From the NCBI GenBank assembly GCA_027460535.1, contig JAPZAR010000004.1, positions 1 to 32,000 on the forward strand: DNA of 32,000 nucleotides, read 5' to 3'. Within the stretch, counting starts at the first letter, position 1. Every line of letters begins with the position of its first letter. The DNA comes from Candidatus Methanoperedens sp. GTDB lineage: Archaea > Halobacteriota > Methanosarcinia > Methanosarcinales > Methanoperedenaceae. The notes under the pieces were generated by a model. It made no database searches, was not told where the DNA came from, and saw only the letters and a program-made list of their open reading frames with translations. A program made the translations under genes and the position numbers. Below are positions 1 through 12,604 of this stretch, piece by piece.

Positions 1-680
<680 letters not shown>

Positions 681-774
681 AACGCAGCATACAAACGTAT
701 GCTAAATTCTGTCGATTGGAAATCGAAAAACTGTCACGCCGAAGAGGTTCGTGGGCCATACGAGACCACGATAA

Positions 775-847
775 GGGCTCGTAGATCAGTTGGAAGATCG
801 CCGCCTTTGCAAGGCGGAGGCCCTGGGTTCGAGTCCCAGCGAGTCCA
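775..847 (+). tRNA. tRNA-Ala (anticodon TGC) in the 16S-23S spacer
   Basis: 73-nt cloverleaf. The acceptor GGGCTCG/CGAGTCC has the G3:U70 wobble, which is the Ala identity element. The anticodon arm is CCGCC-TTTGCAA-GGCGG, giving TGC. The T-arm is CTGGG-TTCGAGT-CCCAG. No CCA is encoded. Confidence 0.93.
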
Positions 848-1007
848 TGTATGTAGTCCCGGGTTTAAAACCGGGGACTCTTACCGATGCACTCAGCAGT
901 GTAATGCTGCTGCGGAAGGGTAGAGTAGCGGATTCTTGACCAGAGTCTTGCTGAATGAAACCGTGTATAAGCACAATCTGGACGCTAACTGAATGTAGTG
1001 AAACGTG

Positions 1008-3575
<2,568 letters not shown>

Positions 3576-3724
3576 TTTGTTTTGCTACATTCGGGCGATA
3601 TTCAGATTGTGTTTAAGGAGTCCTCGGACTTAAATCCGAGGTCTTCTATGTTGTGCTCGTAAAAATCCACATATGCCCGCGGGGCTGTGTGCGCATTGCA
3701 GCGGGCGCGACGCTTACAGTCATA

Positions 3725-3857
3725 AGTGAGTATAGCGGCCAAAGCGGCGGGGCAACACCTGTTCCCATTCCGAACACAGCAGTTAAGCCCGTCAACGTTT
3801 TGCATTGTACTATGATGTGCGAACTCTAGGGAACTGCAGAAAGTTGCTATGCTCACT
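3725..3857 (+). rRNA. rrf: 5S rRNA (coordinates include an extended terminal helix; the mature ends probably lie a few nt inside)
   Basis: The core GCGGCCAAAGCGGCGGGGCAACACCTGTTCCCATTCCGAACACAGCAGTTAAGCCC matches the archaeal 5S consensus. The terminal helix AGTGAGTATAGC pairs with GCTATGCTCACT. Confidence 0.88.
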
Positions 3858-3898
3858 TATTTCATCTTATATTGTTTTCATTACTTTTTTTCGGGATT

Positions 3899-4657
3899 TT
3901 AAATAATAAGATATTTGGTCAGCTCAAAAATCAGATCGCCATATAGCGCGGCTACAAAAAAACCAAGGGTTATAGGGATCATGAAAGGTAGACCTGGAGT
4001 AACCCATATTTCATCTTTGATCAAGCCTTTTTCTAAACCGTTTTTAAGCTCCTTTATTTTCTCATCATTTATTTCCACTCCACCGCGCTTGAAATGGAAC
4101 TTGATATTACCATCGACGATTTCAAAGTCCTGGATCATCTTGATATGCTTGTTGGCAAGTTCAGAAATTCTACTTTTGTACCCGACAAAGATGTAAAAGG
4201 GCTTATCGATATGCAGCCCCATTTTCGTAAGGTTGTATATGGCCAGTGCAATGGGAACGACAATAGTCAATAGGACGGCATTTCCGAATATTCCGAAGGC
4301 AAACAGGGGGATGAGAGGTCTATTCAATGGGAATGCGTATCCGAGGGCATGAAATTCTGGATAGGCAGGAAGTATTATTGATAAAACAATGAGGGATTTG
4401 GCGTCAGCGCCGCCGAAGGTCCCAAATTGAAAAAGAATATATACGAAGGCGAATATCAATCCGGCTGAAATGATTAAGCGAGGAATATAGGCTATTCCGA
4501 ATGTTAATATGTCATTCAGGACAAAAAGACCTCCTCCGGCGAGCATTATCAACCAGAGCTTATTTGTGACGCGGCGTGTTTTAATATCAGAATAACAAGA
4601 GTATATCAAAAAAGGTGTACAGAATATTATCTTTAAAATATCTATCAACATATACAT
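3899..4657 (-). CDS. A24-family aspartic membrane peptidase (archaeal preflagellin/prepilin peptidase, FlaK/EppA-like)
   Basis: 252 aa, polytopic. The first catalytic Asp sits in YSDIKTRRV and the second in the GxGD-type motif FGGADAKS. A soluble insertion lies before the last TM, as in FlaK-type enzymes. Confidence 0.8.
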   Translation of the reverse strand: MYMLIDILKIIFCTPFLIYSCYSDIKTRRVTNKLWLIMLAGGGLFVLNDILTFGIAYIPRLIISAGLIFAFVYILFQFGTFGGADAKSLIVLSIILPAYPEFHALGYAFPLNRPLIPLFAFGIFGNAVLLTIVVPIALAIYNLTKMGLHIDKPFYIFVGYKSRISELANKHIKMIQDFEIVDGNIKFHFKRGGVEINDEKIKELKNGLEKGLIKDEIWVTPGLPFMIPITLGFFVAALYGDLIFELTKYLII

Positions 4658-4747
4658 TTAATTGGGTTGCAAGCTTAAAAAATATTGCTATTGATAAAAT
4701 GATTGAGAAAACTATTTAGTTGAAAATGCCGATATAGTGTTTTTTAC

Positions 4748-4821
4748 GCCGTCGTGGCTTAGCTCGGCAAAGCGGCTGATTCGTAATCAGCAGATCGAGG
4801 GTTCAAATCCCTCCGGCGGCT
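4748..4821 (+). tRNA. tRNA-Thr (anticodon CGT)
   Basis: 74 nt. The acceptor GCCGTCG/CGGCGGC has one G:U pair. The anticodon arm is GCTGA-TTCGTAA-TCAGC, giving CGT. The T-arm is GAGGG-TTCAAAT-CCCTC. Confidence 0.9.
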
Positions 4822-5000
4822 TTAAAATTTTTGTTGAAAGCCTTACTTAGTGTAAGTATTCTTTTAGCAGTGCACTTTCACCGGTACGTACCTCTGGACT
4901 ATATAGTGGAACAAAGAAGTTGTGATTAACTATTGATATCTATGATTTTAAGAGAAAATTGAAGTACGCGGAAGAAAGTGCGCCTAAAAAGATGACTTGA

Positions 5001-5044
5001 AAATAAAAAAGTAAAAAAAGTGTATGCGGAAGAACCGCCCACAC
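5001..5044 (-). terminator. Putative terminator downstream of the peroxidase gene
   Basis: On the minus strand, an imperfect hairpin GTGTGGGCGG-TTCTT-CCGCATACAC (8 of 10 pairs) is followed directly by the T-rich run TTTTTTTACTTTTTTATTTT. Oligo-T tracts are the usual archaeal termination signal. Confidence 0.5.
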
Positions 5045-5080
5045 TCTTTCTTGATTCAATTCTTCTCGAGATATCGTCGG

Positions 5081-6403
5081 TTATGTATCCTCCTCACTTC
5101 CGTGTTGGGTTTTGTCCGTGAGCGTCTTCATGAAGGCAATAATGGCTGCCTCATCTTTAGAGGTTAGCCCAAGATTTCCAAGCTCGTGTTTATTGACAGT
5201 ATCAGGTACTTCAGGTTCCGGCCATGGTACTCCTTTCCAGCCAGCCCCTGGTACATCTCTTGTATTATAGAAATGTACAATTTCTTCAAGAGACTTGAAG
5301 TAGCCATTGTGCGAGTAAGCTTTCACGAAATCCGGATAGGGTCTTTTGTCCACATTGCGGAGGGTGGGAACTTTCTGCCTGCCCAACTCAGGTTCAAACG
5401 CTGCCGGGTCATAAGTCTTGAGGAATCCTCCCAATCCGTAGTCTATGAAATTCTTGCCATCCGGATTATATTTATCTGGCATTTTATAGAATGGGTTCTC
5501 CGGGTTCTTTGGCACCCCCAGGTTATCGTGTGTGAAGTCTGTAAATAACGGTGGTGGATGACAGGCAACGCAGTTACCTCCTTCTCCAGGCCCTTTAATG
5601 CCATTATTATTGGTTGGAGCCATAAAAAGTTGAAGTCCATTCCATTCCTTATCTGTAAATTTATTTTTTGGGTCTAAGGTTTTTTTATCACCATTTCCAT
5701 TTAAACAAGCCTCTTTTTTACTTGTTCCCAGCTTATCAACGCATGTTTTCAGGTATTCGTCGTACTTGGAAGCAAACTGGCTCACTTCGCTTGATCTCTC
5801 GTATGCTGCGATGGATCTGACAATCCTCTCGTACGTCCCGTTCACATCGTTTACGCAATTCAGAGAACCTTTCCCCCAAACCTTTTCAAATAGTCCGGCA
5901 TATTCCGATTTGCTTACCTTGATGCAAACATCCCTAGCATTTGCATTGTTCTGTTCCAGAGGGTTCAGGAAAGGTCCCTGCGCCTGTTCAGTGAGAGGAT
6001 CCCCCAGAATCGTACCAGTTGCCCTGCTATCCCAGAACATGCCGCCAACCCACGTTTGACCATTATTGTCAAAGTATAAGATCGGGCTTTCTCCGCCATA
6101 TGCAGAAGAAGGTGGCTTACGGTTTCCGAAGAGATTATGTACAGCGCCAGGATAAACCGCTCCATGGGCATTAATCTTTTCATCTGGACCGGTCCATCCT
6201 ACCTCAGAGGAATGACAGAAGGCACACGATTGACCAGGTGGCGTTGAAAGGTCTTTATCAAAAAATAATTGTTTTCCAAGCTTTTCTTTAGGCGTTATCT
6301 TTGATTCTACACTCCTTACATTTGCAGCGCCCATAACAGGAGCGATTGAAGCCACAATTAAGGACAATAACAACAGCGAAATAATCGCTTTAATCGGTTT
6401 CAT
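5081..6403 (-). CDS. Secreted di-haem cytochrome c peroxidase (CCP/MauG family)
   Basis: 440 aa. N-terminal signal/anchor MKPIKAIISLLLLSLIVASIAPVMG. Two CxxCH haem-c motifs (CAFCH, CVACH). Family motifs GMFWD, VPTLRNV and YSHNG. ATG is preceded by GGAGG. Confidence 0.85.
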   Translation of the reverse strand: MKPIKAIISLLLLSLIVASIAPVMGAANVRSVESKITPKEKLGKQLFFDKDLSTPPGQSCAFCHSSEVGWTGPDEKINAHGAVYPGAVHNLFGNRKPPSSAYGGESPILYFDNNGQTWVGGMFWDSRATGTILGDPLTEQAQGPFLNPLEQNNANARDVCIKVSKSEYAGLFEKVWGKGSLNCVNDVNGTYERIVRSIAAYERSSEVSQFASKYDEYLKTCVDKLGTSKKEACLNGNGDKKTLDPKNKFTDKEWNGLQLFMAPTNNNGIKGPGEGGNCVACHPPPLFTDFTHDNLGVPKNPENPFYKMPDKYNPDGKNFIDYGLGGFLKTYDPAAFEPELGRQKVPTLRNVDKRPYPDFVKAYSHNGYFKSLEEIVHFYNTRDVPGAGWKGVPWPEPEVPDTVNKHELGNLGLTSKDEAAIIAFMKTLTDKTQHGSEEDT

Positions 6404-6949
6404 GTTCTATACCTCCCATTCTTATGTTCTATACCAATTATCCCCCAATGCTTGATGCAACTACCATATAACCTATTCAGGCTGAATCCCTAATGCATCT
6501 TGAATCATTTAATATACGGTTCTTCCGTAGCTATTTACCCCATTCAAAGATAGTATTGAAGTGACATTAAGTTTTCTGTTTTACTTCATTCGGCACTTCT
6601 TTCTCTTGGACTATGGCTACTTTTTTCAGGTTTCTGTTCTTCATCTCGTTTATGTATTCTGTCCAATCCAGACTGTAAGTCACCGACCGCCGTTTTGAAA
6701 AAACGGGGTATGGGTGCATGAGTGTAGCTCCATTTTGCTTGTTGTCGGGCTATTTATGAAATAAGGGGCACCGATATAGTTCGAGATATTCTGTTCAGAC
6801 ATTCCCATCACCTTGTTGAAGATCAGGTATTAGGGATTGATATAAGTTTGGATAGAAGGCAGAATCAATACCGCTGTTTGAGACGCGGTACGAACACACG
6901 GGAAATATACGAAAGTACTAATAAGCAGCAAAATGCAAAAGTGGATAAT

Positions 6950-7828
6950 ATGGTAAAAGTAGGTGTTGTCAGAAACAAGGATATAATACAATCCGTGAAA
7001 ACCGCTATCTCGCTTGCTGGAGGCATGAAAATTGAAAAGAATTCCGCTGTTCTTATCAGACCGAATGCGAACACAGCAGATTACCCTCCCGGCTCAACGA
7101 ATCCTGAAGTGTTAAAAGGGGCTATACGCGCGGTTAAAGAATATGATCCTGCAAAGATCATTGTCGCGGAGAAATCAATGACCACGCTGGATACATTGAA
7201 GGTGATGAAGTATCTGGGTCTGTACCAGGCAGCTGAATCGGAAGGAGTGGATGAGATCCTCTCTTTTGATGATGTGGAATGGAAAAAGGTGAGACCTAAA
7301 GAGGCCAGGTCATGGTCGCATGGTTTTTCAGTCCCCGCTATTCTTGATGAAATCGATTACTCGATCGCGCTCCCCATCGTGAAAACGCACTGGACTGCAT
7401 TATTCACCATTGGGTTAAAATCCCAGATAAGCATTACCTCTGACCCTGACAGGAGACAGCTTCCTCACGGACAGAACAACGATGAGCTCTTCGGCAATAT
7501 GATCGCAGAGACTAATCTTGTAAATAAACCCGATTTTTACATTTCAGATGCTACGAAATGTTTTGTAACAGATGGACCCAACATCGGGACACTGCGGGAA
7601 CCAGGTCTTGTCATTGCTTCAGATGATGTTGTAGCGAATGACGTGTTTGGTCTGGCACTTTTAAAGACACTTGGTACGATAGATAAAATACAGAACAGAT
7701 CGGTATGGGAGCAGCCCCAGATAAAAAGGGCAGTAGAACTTGGTCTTGGAGTTAAATGCAGGTCTGATATACAGATCAAAAGCGAAGGTGTGAAAGAGAT
7801 AGAGAATATTGCAGGTAATATTGCATAG
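6950..7828 (+). CDS. DUF362-family protein
   Basis: The MVKVGVV... N-terminus followed by VLIRPNANT...STNPEVLKGAIRAVKE resembles the DUF362 pattern. I place the start at ATG 6950; the 34 upstream codons from the TTG in the track look non-coding. Confidence 0.6.
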   Translation: MVKVGVVRNKDIIQSVKTAISLAGGMKIEKNSAVLIRPNANTADYPPGSTNPEVLKGAIRAVKEYDPAKIIVAEKSMTTLDTLKVMKYLGLYQAAESEGVDEILSFDDVEWKKVRPKEARSWSHGFSVPAILDEIDYSIALPIVKTHWTALFTIGLKSQISITSDPDRRQLPHGQNNDELFGNMIAETNLVNKPDFYISDATKCFVTDGPNIGTLREPGLVIASDDVVANDVFGLALLKTLGTIDKIQNRSVWEQPQIKRAVELGLGVKCRSDIQIKSEGVKEIENIAGNIA

Positions 7829-7858
7829 GTCATAGGGTACTTGATCCGGAGGAGTATC

Positions 7859-8068
7859 ATGGAAATCTTCGATGCTATCATAATTGGAGCAGGAGCATGT
7901 CAGTCAGCAGCGACACAAGTATGCCTGTATCAACGCCCCATGGAAACTTATCTTCGCGGCGCCCGTTTTTCGAACTCATATCGCATTCTCATTTCAGCAG
8001 GAATTGTTGACTGGCCCTTTAATGTAATACCGACAATTCTGTGTTTTGATTTTTCACGGAACCTGTAG
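7859..8068 (+). pseudogene. Possible remnant of an FAD/NAD(P)-binding oxidoreductase (N-terminal Rossmann motif only)
   Basis: ATG 7859 is preceded by GGAGG. MEIFDAIIIGAGA is a classic dinucleotide-binding start, but the ORF stops after ~70 aa and the remainder is unrecognisable. Confidence 0.3.
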
Positions 8069-8182
8069 CACGCAAAAGAGAATTCCCTGAATGGCTATAA
8101 ATCATCAAGGAAGTAGCCCACATAGCTTAAATTCGCGAGGAGCAATATTGATAAGGAAAAATTGATCACTCTCTCATAAAAT

Positions 8183-8695
8183 ATGGACTGGATCTCGCAT
8201 TTGCTATTTAGCCTTGCACTTGGTACAATCATATTGAAAGATATGACTCGCAAGAAAATGGCATTTGTGGCTGTTGCCGGTTTATTCCCAGATCTGGACA
8301 TACTCTGGCATCATCGCAGCGAGCTGCATTCACCACTGGTATTACTTGTATTTGCACTGTTGCTTGCGATCCAAAATCGCACTCTTTTCGCTCCATTACT
8401 CTTAGGCTTCTGGTCGCATTCTGCCCTGGACATTTTTCTATTTGATAACTCGAATCATACAATTAAGAATCTGGCAAATCAGGTTGTGGGCAATGACAGC
8501 ATATCCCAACATATCGAAGATAACATAATGAGATATACATCAGCCGATGGGATCATGCTCTTCTATCCATTCAGCGCTGAGAAGTTCTCCATAACCCTTG
8601 GCGAAGGGAGCTATGCGATTCTGGCAGGTCTTATCATAGTGATAGCTATAATTTCATTTATAGGGTTATATTTTAAAGAGTGCCGTGGGAAGTAA
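8183..8695 (+). CDS. Membrane-bound metal-dependent hydrolase-like protein (YdjM/DUF457-like)
   Basis: 170 aa with several TM segments. It has the MDWISHLLFSLALG start typical of this family, plus additional His/Asp (DLDILWHH, WSHSALD). Confidence 0.5.
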   Translation: MDWISHLLFSLALGTIILKDMTRKKMAFVAVAGLFPDLDILWHHRSELHSPLVLLVFALLLAIQNRTLFAPLLLGFWSHSALDIFLFDNSNHTIKNLANQVVGNDSISQHIEDNIMRYTSADGIMLFYPFSAEKFSITLGEGSYAILAGLIIVIAIISFIGLYFKECRGK

Positions 8696-9164
8696 GAATT
8701 CTTTTCCAAAAAGCTATAATACCCGGTGTGAAAACCCGGTTTTTAGAATCAATTTTTGGCCTTGTCAAGCCTCGTCACTTATATTTTTAGCTCTGGCACA
8801 TCAGTAACGAAAGCAAGAAGATAATATCTAATTATGAAAGGCAGTTGTTTACAAAAGAATAGCGAGAATAGAAAAGTACCTTTACACTATTAGACATCGA
8901 GAATTCGAAACAGTATCTCGATTGTGTAAGAAACACAGATATCTGATGAGCACTGAATCGGTTATAGAGATAAGTTCTTTTTTGCGAAGGTCAAAAGCGC
9001 CTTCTTGATTCTGTTATCTCCTATGCAAATTTTATGTTGATAAACTATCATAACTAATCCAACAGGATTTCAGTTATTGACAACCATTGCCAAAGACATA
9101 GTATTATTAATATCTAATTATCTATTAAACCAGTCTATGACAATTTATATATTAGAGATTTACT

Positions 9165-9854
9165 TTAAACGAACGACCTTTTTTTTTCACTCATCTCTTC
9201 ATCAGTTTCACTAATCCTGACGAACTCATAAATTGAGACTGCAATTAAAGAGCCAATAATTGGGGCTATCAAATATATCCATTGATAGTTATATATTCCA
9301 CCAATTATCGCTGGTCCTAAAGACCTGGCCGGATTCATCGATGCCCCGGAAATTGGTCCCCCGAAAAGCGCGTCCATGGCTACGACACCACCGATCGCAA
9401 TACCTGTAACTTCGGGTTTAACCCTGGTATCCGATGCGACTGATATTATTACCAGCATCAGAAAGAAAGTCATTATAACTTCTAAAATAAATGACTGTTC
9501 CCATGAACCATTGGGCAAGGTAGCGCCAAGATTCCTGGCATTACCAAACATTAAATAAAGCACTGCACTGGCAAAGATCGCACCACCTATTTGGGCAGTA
9601 ATGTAAGGGAGCACCTCATTTTTCTTAAACCTCCCGACTGAAGCAAATCCAATCGTCACAGCAGGATTAAAATGGGCTTTAGATACATGTCCTAAAGAAT
9701 ATACCATAACTGCAACTACCAATCCAAATGTAATGGCAATACCAATCACCCCCAATTTTCCTGTTAATCTATCATCAATTATAGCACCCGTTCCAGCAAA
9801 AACCAAAGCAAATGTTCCGATAAATTCTGCTAGGATTTTCTTGAATAAGCTCAT
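9165..9854 (-). CDS. MIP-family channel (aquaporin/aquaglyceroporin; NIP/AqpN-like wording of the NPA boxes)
   Basis: 229 aa with six TM segments. Two NPA boxes: SKAHFNPAVTIGFA and GASMNPARSLGPAI. The start ATG overlaps the stop of the upstream GTPase gene (ATGA, 9851-9854). Confidence 0.88.
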   Translation of the reverse strand: MSLFKKILAEFIGTFALVFAGTGAIIDDRLTGKLGVIGIAITFGLVVAVMVYSLGHVSKAHFNPAVTIGFASVGRFKKNEVLPYITAQIGGAIFASAVLYLMFGNARNLGATLPNGSWEQSFILEVIMTFFLMLVIISVASDTRVKPEVTGIAIGGVVAMDALFGGPISGASMNPARSLGPAIIGGIYNYQWIYLIAPIIGSLIAVSIYEFVRISETDEEMSEKKRSFV

Positions 9855-10954
9855 ACCAAAATCCGATGATAAGGCTTGGGCTGCGGGGGACTGAAACTTT
9901 CTATTTTCAGTGCATTAAGTTTCGTATTATACTTTGAGGATACTATTTCCAGCGAATCCATAATAGATTGTTTCAGCTCTTTGGGACCGATTGCAACACG
10001 GGCATTTATTGCCATCTCTCCGGTTGCCGCTTTATCTGGAATTAAACCTGTGAAGCACACATCCTGATCAAATGAGACAAAGCTGGCTTTTGAAAAATTG
10101 TTCTTGTTGGTGAAATAGAGCTTGACATGGGCTATATCGCCATTGTTTTGTTTTATCATTGTTGCTGCGGTCATCAGAATATCCTTTATGAATTCCTTGA
10201 CTTTGAAATCATGTTTACTATCTACTTTCCACACGCCGTTTAACCATCCCATATTCGCCTCAGCGATGCCATAAACGTTATAGTCAACATGCGGATAATA
10301 ATAGTTTTTGTATTCATCATTCAATATTTTCTCAGCCAGTATATCCATCCCGGTTCCGTTCGCAGCTGAGATCAACATTACTTCAGCCCTGCTGTTGAGT
10401 TTCTTTAATATTCCTTTTATTTGTTCTATTTGAGCAGGGGACACAAGGTCTATTTTGTTCACTGCGAGAACCTCAGCTTCCTGTATCTGATGCGAGAACA
10501 GATATCCTGTGGATGTAACCGGGAAAGCTAAATCCATCTCAGAAGACATATTAAGTATGCGCTTAGCATCCACAAGTACGATGTGCGGCGCTATTTTGAA
10601 AGTATTTTTATAAAATTTTCTTATTGGCATATGCAGGGTCGCTGGGATATCTGTACAGCTTCCAACAGGCTCAGCAAGAATTATATCCGGGTTGGTCTTT
10701 TTGAGGATTTCCTCAGATGATGTCATAAAATCAGGAAACTTACAGCAGAAACATCCACCCAGAACTTCGCCAACTTCAAAGCCGTAATCTTTGACGATTT
10801 TGGTATCCACCAGTTCCTCTCCCTGATCATTCGTGATTATTGCCACACGCTTGCCGTAATCGGTTACTAATTTTTTTCCTATTTCTATTATAGTGCTTGT
10901 TTTACCTGCGCCAAGGAAACCGCCTATTATTCCAAATTTTACCATTTTTTTCAA
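9851..10954 (-). CDS. G3E-family P-loop GTPase, CobW/COG0523-like putative metallochaperone
   Basis: P-loop GGFLGAGKTS, the CxCC motif GGCFCCK ~50 aa later, NKID (NKxD) and a C-terminal domain. TTG 10954 lies 6 nt after GGAGAGGA. ATG 10945 is an alternative start. Confidence 0.75.
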   Translation of the reverse strand: MKKMVKFGIIGGFLGAGKTSTIIEIGKKLVTDYGKRVAIITNDQGEELVDTKIVKDYGFEVGEVLGGCFCCKFPDFMTSSEEILKKTNPDIILAEPVGSCTDIPATLHMPIRKFYKNTFKIAPHIVLVDAKRILNMSSEMDLAFPVTSTGYLFSHQIQEAEVLAVNKIDLVSPAQIEQIKGILKKLNSRAEVMLISAANGTGMDILAEKILNDEYKNYYYPHVDYNVYGIAEANMGWLNGVWKVDSKHDFKVKEFIKDILMTAATMIKQNNGDIAHVKLYFTNKNNFSKASFVSFDQDVCFTGLIPDKAATGEMAINARVAIGPKELKQSIMDSLEIVSSKYNTKLNALKIESFSPPQPKPYHRILV

Positions 10955-11012
10955 ATTTATCCTCTCCTTTCTAACCTGATGTCATTTTTGTTCTTCAATG
11001 CAGTAGCGGGTA

Positions 11013-12311
11013 TCATAGCAACTTCTCCGGCACCACCATTTTTACCGTGTTTGTCAAATTTACCTTCTCCTTTTCTAAATATGATTGTAACTCAGCAATA
11101 TCTGATGAGATCCTTGGCACATTCAAATTCCAATCTGGCCGACAGTAATCTCTGTTTTTAATACCGGAAGCAGGTATCACAACAACGGTTTTTTCAGTCG
11201 GGCTTATTCTGTTATCCTGGCATAGTCTTACCAGTCCGGCAACCGCCAGCCCTCCACTAAAATCTGGAAATATTCCTTCTTTCTTTGCGATCAATTCCGC
11301 ATATTCTACTCCTTCTTTATCCTCAATTGCGATACCATACCCACCATCCTTAATTACTCTAAGGGCATAAAGACCATCGGCTGGATCACCGACTCGTAGA
11401 TTTTCGCAGAGAGTCATGGGATTCCTTAATGGGGTTGGCATTTCTTTTCTGTGAACCAGAGCATCAACAATTGGAGCACAACCACTGGATTGAACTATAA
11501 AAAATTTAGGTAAGTCTTCTATTAGTGCTGATTCGTACAGTTCCTTAAACCCTAAATACATATTATAAGTGAGAGAGCCTGAGCCTTCTGGAATCACAAT
11601 GTTATCAGGTGATTTCCATCCGAGTTGCTCTGCTATCTCGTAGCTCAAAGTCTTATAACCAGAATTAAAATAAGTACGCAAATCCAGGTCAACAATCGGC
11701 AAACCCAGTTCGGGTTTTTCAGCGATTCTTGTAACCAATGTACATGTAGCCGGATCATTCCCATGGCATTGACAGTCTATATCTCCTTCTTGTCTATAAA
11801 CTTTCAATACTTGCGCTCCATACAATAATAGAGGGGATATTATTTCGGTGGGTGTCGTGTCCGGAACAAAGATATAAGATTTTAATCCAGTTTTCGCCGC
11901 ATGCGCTGCTACAGAGTCGGCAATATAATGGGTAGAAGCGCATCCTATTGCAGTGCTGTTAAATTCAATCGCTTTATTTATGGAGATACTTACGGAACGG
12001 TCTTCGTAAGATTGCGTTGGATTAGTACCTTCAAATTTTAAATGAAGATTTTTAATGCCGATAATCTCTCCAAGTCTATTACTTCTGAGTAAAGAAGTCC
12101 ATCCATCATTTAAATCCGCCATTCTTGTATCATTTAAAGGTAGGAACTCCAAATACCTCCACATGCTTGGATAACGACTCTCTATCTTGCTTTTTATGCT
12201 CCTGTCAATGTCTTCTATGCATGTATCCACAGGACCGTAACACTCACTACAGGATGTTATCAAAGCCTCAGGAAAAAGAGTTCCACAATCCCTACATTTT
12301 AATACGCCCAT
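11013..12311 (-). CDS. Threonine-synthase-like (PLP fold-type II) protein with an N-terminal zinc ribbon; the canonical PLP lysine is replaced by Glu
   Basis: Zn ribbon CRDCG...CSECYG. The ThrC block LHLKFEGTNPTQSYEDRSV reads ...NPTGSFKDRG in active enzymes. GCASTHYIAD stands in place of GCASTGNT. Start taken as ATG 12311 (MGVLKC), 2 nt after the MoaD-like stop. The longer track ORF overlaps the upstream gene. Confidence 0.75.
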   Translation of the reverse strand: MGVLKCRDCGTLFPEALITSCSECYGPVDTCIEDIDRSIKSKIESRYPSMWRYLEFLPLNDTRMADLNDGWTSLLRSNRLGEIIGIKNLHLKFEGTNPTQSYEDRSVSISINKAIEFNSTAIGCASTHYIADSVAAHAAKTGLKSYIFVPDTTPTEIISPLLLYGAQVLKVYRQEGDIDCQCHGNDPATCTLVTRIAEKPELGLPIVDLDLRTYFNSGYKTLSYEIAEQLGWKSPDNIVIPEGSGSLTYNMYLGFKELYESALIEDLPKFFIVQSSGCAPIVDALVHRKEMPTPLRNPMTLCENLRVGDPADGLYALRVIKDGGYGIAIEDKEGVEYAELIAKKEGIFPDFSGGLAVAGLVRLCQDNRISPTEKTVVVIPASGIKNRDYCRPDWNLNVPRISSDIAELQSYLEKEKVNLTNTVKMVVPEKLL

Positions 12312-12313
12312 TT

Positions 12314-12604
12314 TTATCCTCCTGCGAATGAAACTAAAAATAATATTTTGTCTCCGTCCATTAATCTGGTCTCGTACTCTCTGATAAGTCGGATGTCCAT
12401 CCCATTTACATAGCATCTGACATGTCTATTGAGGATTGAAGCCTCAGAAGGCAATAGCCTCTTTTTTAAGTTATCGTACTTATTACAGACTTCAACAATC
12501 AATTCGCCGATATTTTTTGCATCTGTACAAATTTTAATTTCCCTATGACCTGTCTCAGAGGAAATTATTCCAAAGAATCTAACAGATACTTCCCTAATCA
12601 TCAT
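12314..12604 (-). CDS. MoaD/ThiS-family ubiquitin-like (beta-grasp) sulfur-carrier-type protein with a C-terminal Gly-Gly
   Basis: ~96 aa with the pattern VRFFG...G...NG...LMDGDKILFLVSFAGG-stop. The start is ambiguous within GTGATGATG (12607/12604/12601), directly after GGAGAGGTGA. The GG codons GGAGGA act as the SD for the next gene. Confidence 0.75.
   Translation of the reverse strand: MMIREVSVRFFGIISSETGHREIKICTDAKNIGELIVEVCNKYDNLKKRLLPSEASILNRHVRCYVNGMDIRLIREYETRLMDGDKILFLVSFAGG

Noticed and set aside
6402-6435. 12-bp direct repeat ATGTTCTATACC (6402-6413 and 6424-6435) spanning the peroxidase start codon
   Set aside because: This is a single short duplication in an AT-rich leader. The upstream copy creates no alternative start, and nothing indicates function.
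6567-6719. 50-aa minus-strand ORF (MHPYPVFSKRRSVTYSLDWTEYINEMKNRNLKKVAIVQEKEVPNEVKQKT) upstream of the peroxidase gene
   Set aside because: No recognisable motif and no clear SD, and it is below the track threshold. Recorded only as a possible small protein.
6848-6949. N-terminal extensions of track ORFs. This entry covers 6848-6949. The same applies to 12312-12416, 15989-16033 and 17755-17850.
   Set aside because: Each extension starts at a non-ATG or poorly placed codon, lacks an SD, and in one case overlaps the upstream gene by 100 nt. Internal ATGs with GGAGG-type SDs begin the conserved domains.
8823-9122. 13-bp repeat AATATCTAATTAT at ~8823 and ~9109, plus small hairpins (ATCGAGA-N13-TCTCGAT, TGTGT-N5-ACACA) and a TGATGA...CTGA pair that looks like C/D boxes near 8944-8960
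   Set aside because: Several exact 13-mers are expected by chance in 32 kb of AT-rich DNA. The C and D boxes are only 3 nt apart, which is incompatible with a C/D sRNA guide. The hairpins are short.
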